Part shown: positions 60,791 to 64,000 of the stretch, piece after piece
Layout: each line of letters starts with the position of its first letter
How positions within the stretch are numbered: the first letter of the stretch is position 1
Assembly (NCBI RefSeq): GCF_024521635.1
Contig: NW_026250421.1
Span: 310,001-374,000 of the forward strand
From: Tricharina praecox
Taxonomy: Eukaryota
Direction of reading: 5' to 3'
DNA: 64,000 nt
Position numbers and translations under genes: made by a program
The notes under the pieces: generated by a model
Seen by the model: the letters and a program-made list of their open reading frames with translations, nothing else
What the model was told of the DNA's origin: nothing
Database searches by the model: none

Positions 60791-63700
60791 GATCAGTCTG
60801 GGGAGGAGCCATACAAGCTGACTGCGGCCGTGGTCACTGGTCGTGAGGCATAAACGGAGATTGCCGAAGTTTCGTTTTGGTATTGCGGCTCGAATGGGGG
60901 ATGCAGGAACCATACAGATCGGAGGGATATAGGCTTTGAGGACCAATAGAGACCCTCACACAACACCGGCGTCCATCGTCCACGTGGAATTTTCCGCGAT
61001 TTCGCCCCAATGTCAAGCACCGCCATAACGGAACTGACTGTTTGGCGGTATTCGAACGGTTGAAGTTTTGGTAAACACGTTAGATAACTTCCTTCGTCAG
61101 CTCGCCTTTCGAGACTCGGGATTTCTAGAGCACTGAAAGTAGCACAAAATTGTAAACGCCCCCAGTTCCGGACGACGCCGTGCCGTGGCCCGTAAGCAGT
61201 ATCTAACGAGAATATAACCACTCACCAACTTTGGAAGCTGTCAAGCTGTCAAGCTGATACCTACCGTGCGGGACAAGTTATTTTTCTTTTTTTTTCCTTT
61301 TCGTGCGAGATATGTAAAGTATTGTCTGGGGGCGGTGAGATGTACCGAAAGCCGAGCTGAGCACGAGAGAGCTCGGGGTGGGCCTCGTTGGATCTCGATT
61401 CCCCCCCTCGAAACGAGAAACGAGAAATAACCGCCCTCATATATATTACCTGACTTTTTGATCATGGCTTATCACTCGTGGATCGTCACTGGTTAAACAA
61501 AACAAAAACCTCAAATTCTGGCTAGGAGATCGATTATCCAGTAGCCATCTCACCTCACACCTTCCCTCCAAGATGAAAGTGTAGAGCCCCCTGCAGCTTA
61601 TGAACCCTGGAAACAACTGTACATAGCGGCCGCTCTGCCACATCTCGCGAGCTATGTAGGCGGCGATTACTTACCTACCGCATGCAGGGTGTTTGGGTTG
61701 CGTCTCTACTTACCTATGCGAAACAAAGAGAACGACCATACTGCATATATATATTTCAGAAAGAGAGGGGAGGGGGAGATCAGGATCGATTTAATCTGTA
61801 GCATATCGATCGATCGATCCCCGTGTGGCAGCTGTAGCTTCCGTAGTTTCCGTGGAATTCCCGAAAACTCGGCCTCGACTCGAATTTCGATGAGCGTGCG
61901 ATGGCGATGGGGTATGGGGCGGTCAGCAATCTATCTTTGCTTCTGCACGAAGCCTCTGGGTTACTATAGTCGAGCACGTGGTCGACGGTCGGTTTAGCCT
62001 CTATTTGGCTGTGAAAGGCTGTGAAAAGAAATCGGAGAGAGCACGGATTTTGGAACGCCTGCGTACATTCCAATTACGAACCGAACAGCGACACAAACGG
62101 TTGAAGATGCAAGTCCAGAGACACCAAGTGGTTGCTACCAACGACGCCCGACTCCGACTGCGACTCCGACTCGCTAGGAGCCGTGACATGACCTATCACT
62201 CGTGCCAGTGTTCGGATAAACTCTTGAGTTTTTTTTCCTTTGGTCCGGTGGAGGGTGTAGGAGCTGCCTACGTTGTACCCAGCCAGCCAACCAGTAGTCG
62301 GAACTGTAGATGGGATGTGTAGGACGATAAGCTCCATAGGTAGAGGTTAAATCCGATTATGATAGAGCAAACGCCAATTGGGTACCACCATCCCTGGCGC
62401 ATCTTGAAAGTCAATCCCGCCTCACTCGCGGCGACCGCATGTACACACTCTATGATGCGTATCCACGATTCGCCCGCTCCCGTACCGCAGTTGCGTATTC
62501 GAAGTTCGAACTTTGGAGCTCCCAGTGACACGCCAGGCCCTTGCGTCGGACTAACTATTATCCGGGATATCCGGGAACCGGGAGGATACAGTGAGTCAGT
62601 GACTCGTCCGTCGAGCTCGAGCCTTGTCCGCAATGTGCAGTGGGCTGTCAGAGTGCCCTGTGCACGCGAGTCTCGCAAACCGCAGCTTATACATCACACA
62701 TCATGCTGGCCACGAATCATTGCTCACTCAGCAACAATGGCCGGTACAATGGCCGGTACATACAACTGCAAGTGACGACCTGGCCGGCCATACTGATACC
62801 TAACCTTGGAGTTCCATGCTGTATGACTTACCAAGCAAGCAAGCACCGACCGGCAGCGTAGCCATGGCCGCAGCGTAGCCATGGCCGCAGCAAAGCAAGG
62901 CAACGCCCGTCGCCTCGTCGCCTCCAAAACTCCAAGGCTCCACCAAACACCAAATCCCAAACCCCAAACACCAGAGTTGAGGCAAATACAGGAGGCGCAA
63001 GCCCGTCCCATGATCTATGATTCTGTGCATATCATTTCTCAAATTCTCAGCTGTGCTCGCCTCAACTCAACTCTGGAGTGCGCTGCCTTGTAACCAGGCG
63101 CAGTACCACCGGTACCGGTATCTATCCAGTGGAGGATCAACTCCCAGAGCCCAGACGAATGCGTCGCACAGGGGTTTCAGGTTCAGCCAGAGCAGAGCAG
63201 AACAGAGCAGACACATAGGGGGCTGTGGGTTTCCGATGTGCTGGATTGTTTGGAGGATTGGAATTTGGGGGAATACATATTGGTCCGTTAGAGAGGTTGT
63301 GTGACGAGAAACACTCAGTTGGTATGTATCACACTGCTGAGGTGCGAAGGGCAGATGGGCAGAAGGGAAGAAAGGAAGAAGGGGGGTGGGAGGGAAATCC
63401 ACCCACCTCAGCTCGTGGCCTCACCCACTCCCGGAGATCAGCCAGCCTCGGGGTGGTGGTAGTGGTGGTGGCGGAGACGAACAACTGACAGGACCCTGAG
63501 CCTGAGCCTGAGGGGCTCCCGGCTCCGTAGGGAAGATCATAGCAAGTAACCGGAAAAACATACCCGAACTCCCGCAAAGCGACGCAGGGCCCTCCCTCAT
63601 CCTTCCTCACCCGTTAGCCCTGCCCAGCTATGTACACTACATACAACATCCGAAACTCGACTTTCTGGGGCCCCATGAAATGTATCCGCAGGGCCGCGAT

Positions 63701-63815
63701 CGAATTGAGCCAGGGTCCAACACCGCACCGCACCATGCCATCATACCGTAGTTACCGAACGCAATCTTCACATCTCAGCCTCCGGCTGAATACATACAAA
63801 GAAAAAGACGTCAAA

Positions 63816-63820
63816 ATGGG
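63816..63820 (+). CDS. Possible 5-nt first coding exon of a gene continuing beyond the window
   Basis: TCAAAATGGG immediately followed by the consensus donor GTGAGT and a pyrimidine-rich stretch; no acceptor resolved in the window. Confidence 0.3.
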
Positions 63821-64000
63821 GTGAGTTCTTTTTCCTTTTTTTTAAAAAAGGTATTTGATTTCCTTTTTACCGCTGGGGGCGTTTATGTTTGCAAGGGTGG
63901 TGAGTGGTAGTGGTGAAGGATGCCCAGCAGCTCCGGTAAGAAACGCGTGTGTGGTAGGTATGTAGGTGTAAACAAGTACCCCGCATTCACTCCATTTTGC

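Noticed and set aside
1..64000. CRISPR array, rRNA, intact transposase, giant-element recombinase or biosynthetic cluster
   Set aside because: No identical repeats with unique spacers, no rRNA-like block and no such ORFs were seen; the context is eukaryotic with spliced genes.

Overview
Intron-rich, microsatellite-rich fungal DNA from a filamentous ascomycete; a Pezizomycetes-like origin is my inference from sequence style only. Five protein genes could be modelled exon by exon with consistent reading phase: a Vps72/YL1 SWR1-complex subunit (+), an Ecl1-family Cys-finger gene lying alone in a ~28 kb gene-poor tract (+), an 11-exon hybrid histidine kinase (-), coronin (-) and a mitochondrial succinate/fumarate carrier (-). 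Also present are an intron-containing tRNA-Tyr(GTA), a small spliced single-TM orphan gene, a pepsin-like GPI-type ORF lacking its N-terminus and catalytic Asp motif, several decayed gene remnants (about 37, 48-54 and 60 kb), four non-autonomous TIR elements, two LINE-like fragments and many tandem repeats. The most notable observations are (1) a composite repeat present twice, inverted and in permuted module order, at the Vps72 promoter and the kinase 3' end, (2) a 32-bp duplication flanking the kinase stop codon, and (3) a long ATG-poor leader with short uORFs ahead of Ecl1. No complete novel multi-gene system is demonstrable from the sequence alone. All alignments and family calls were made by eye, without database searches.
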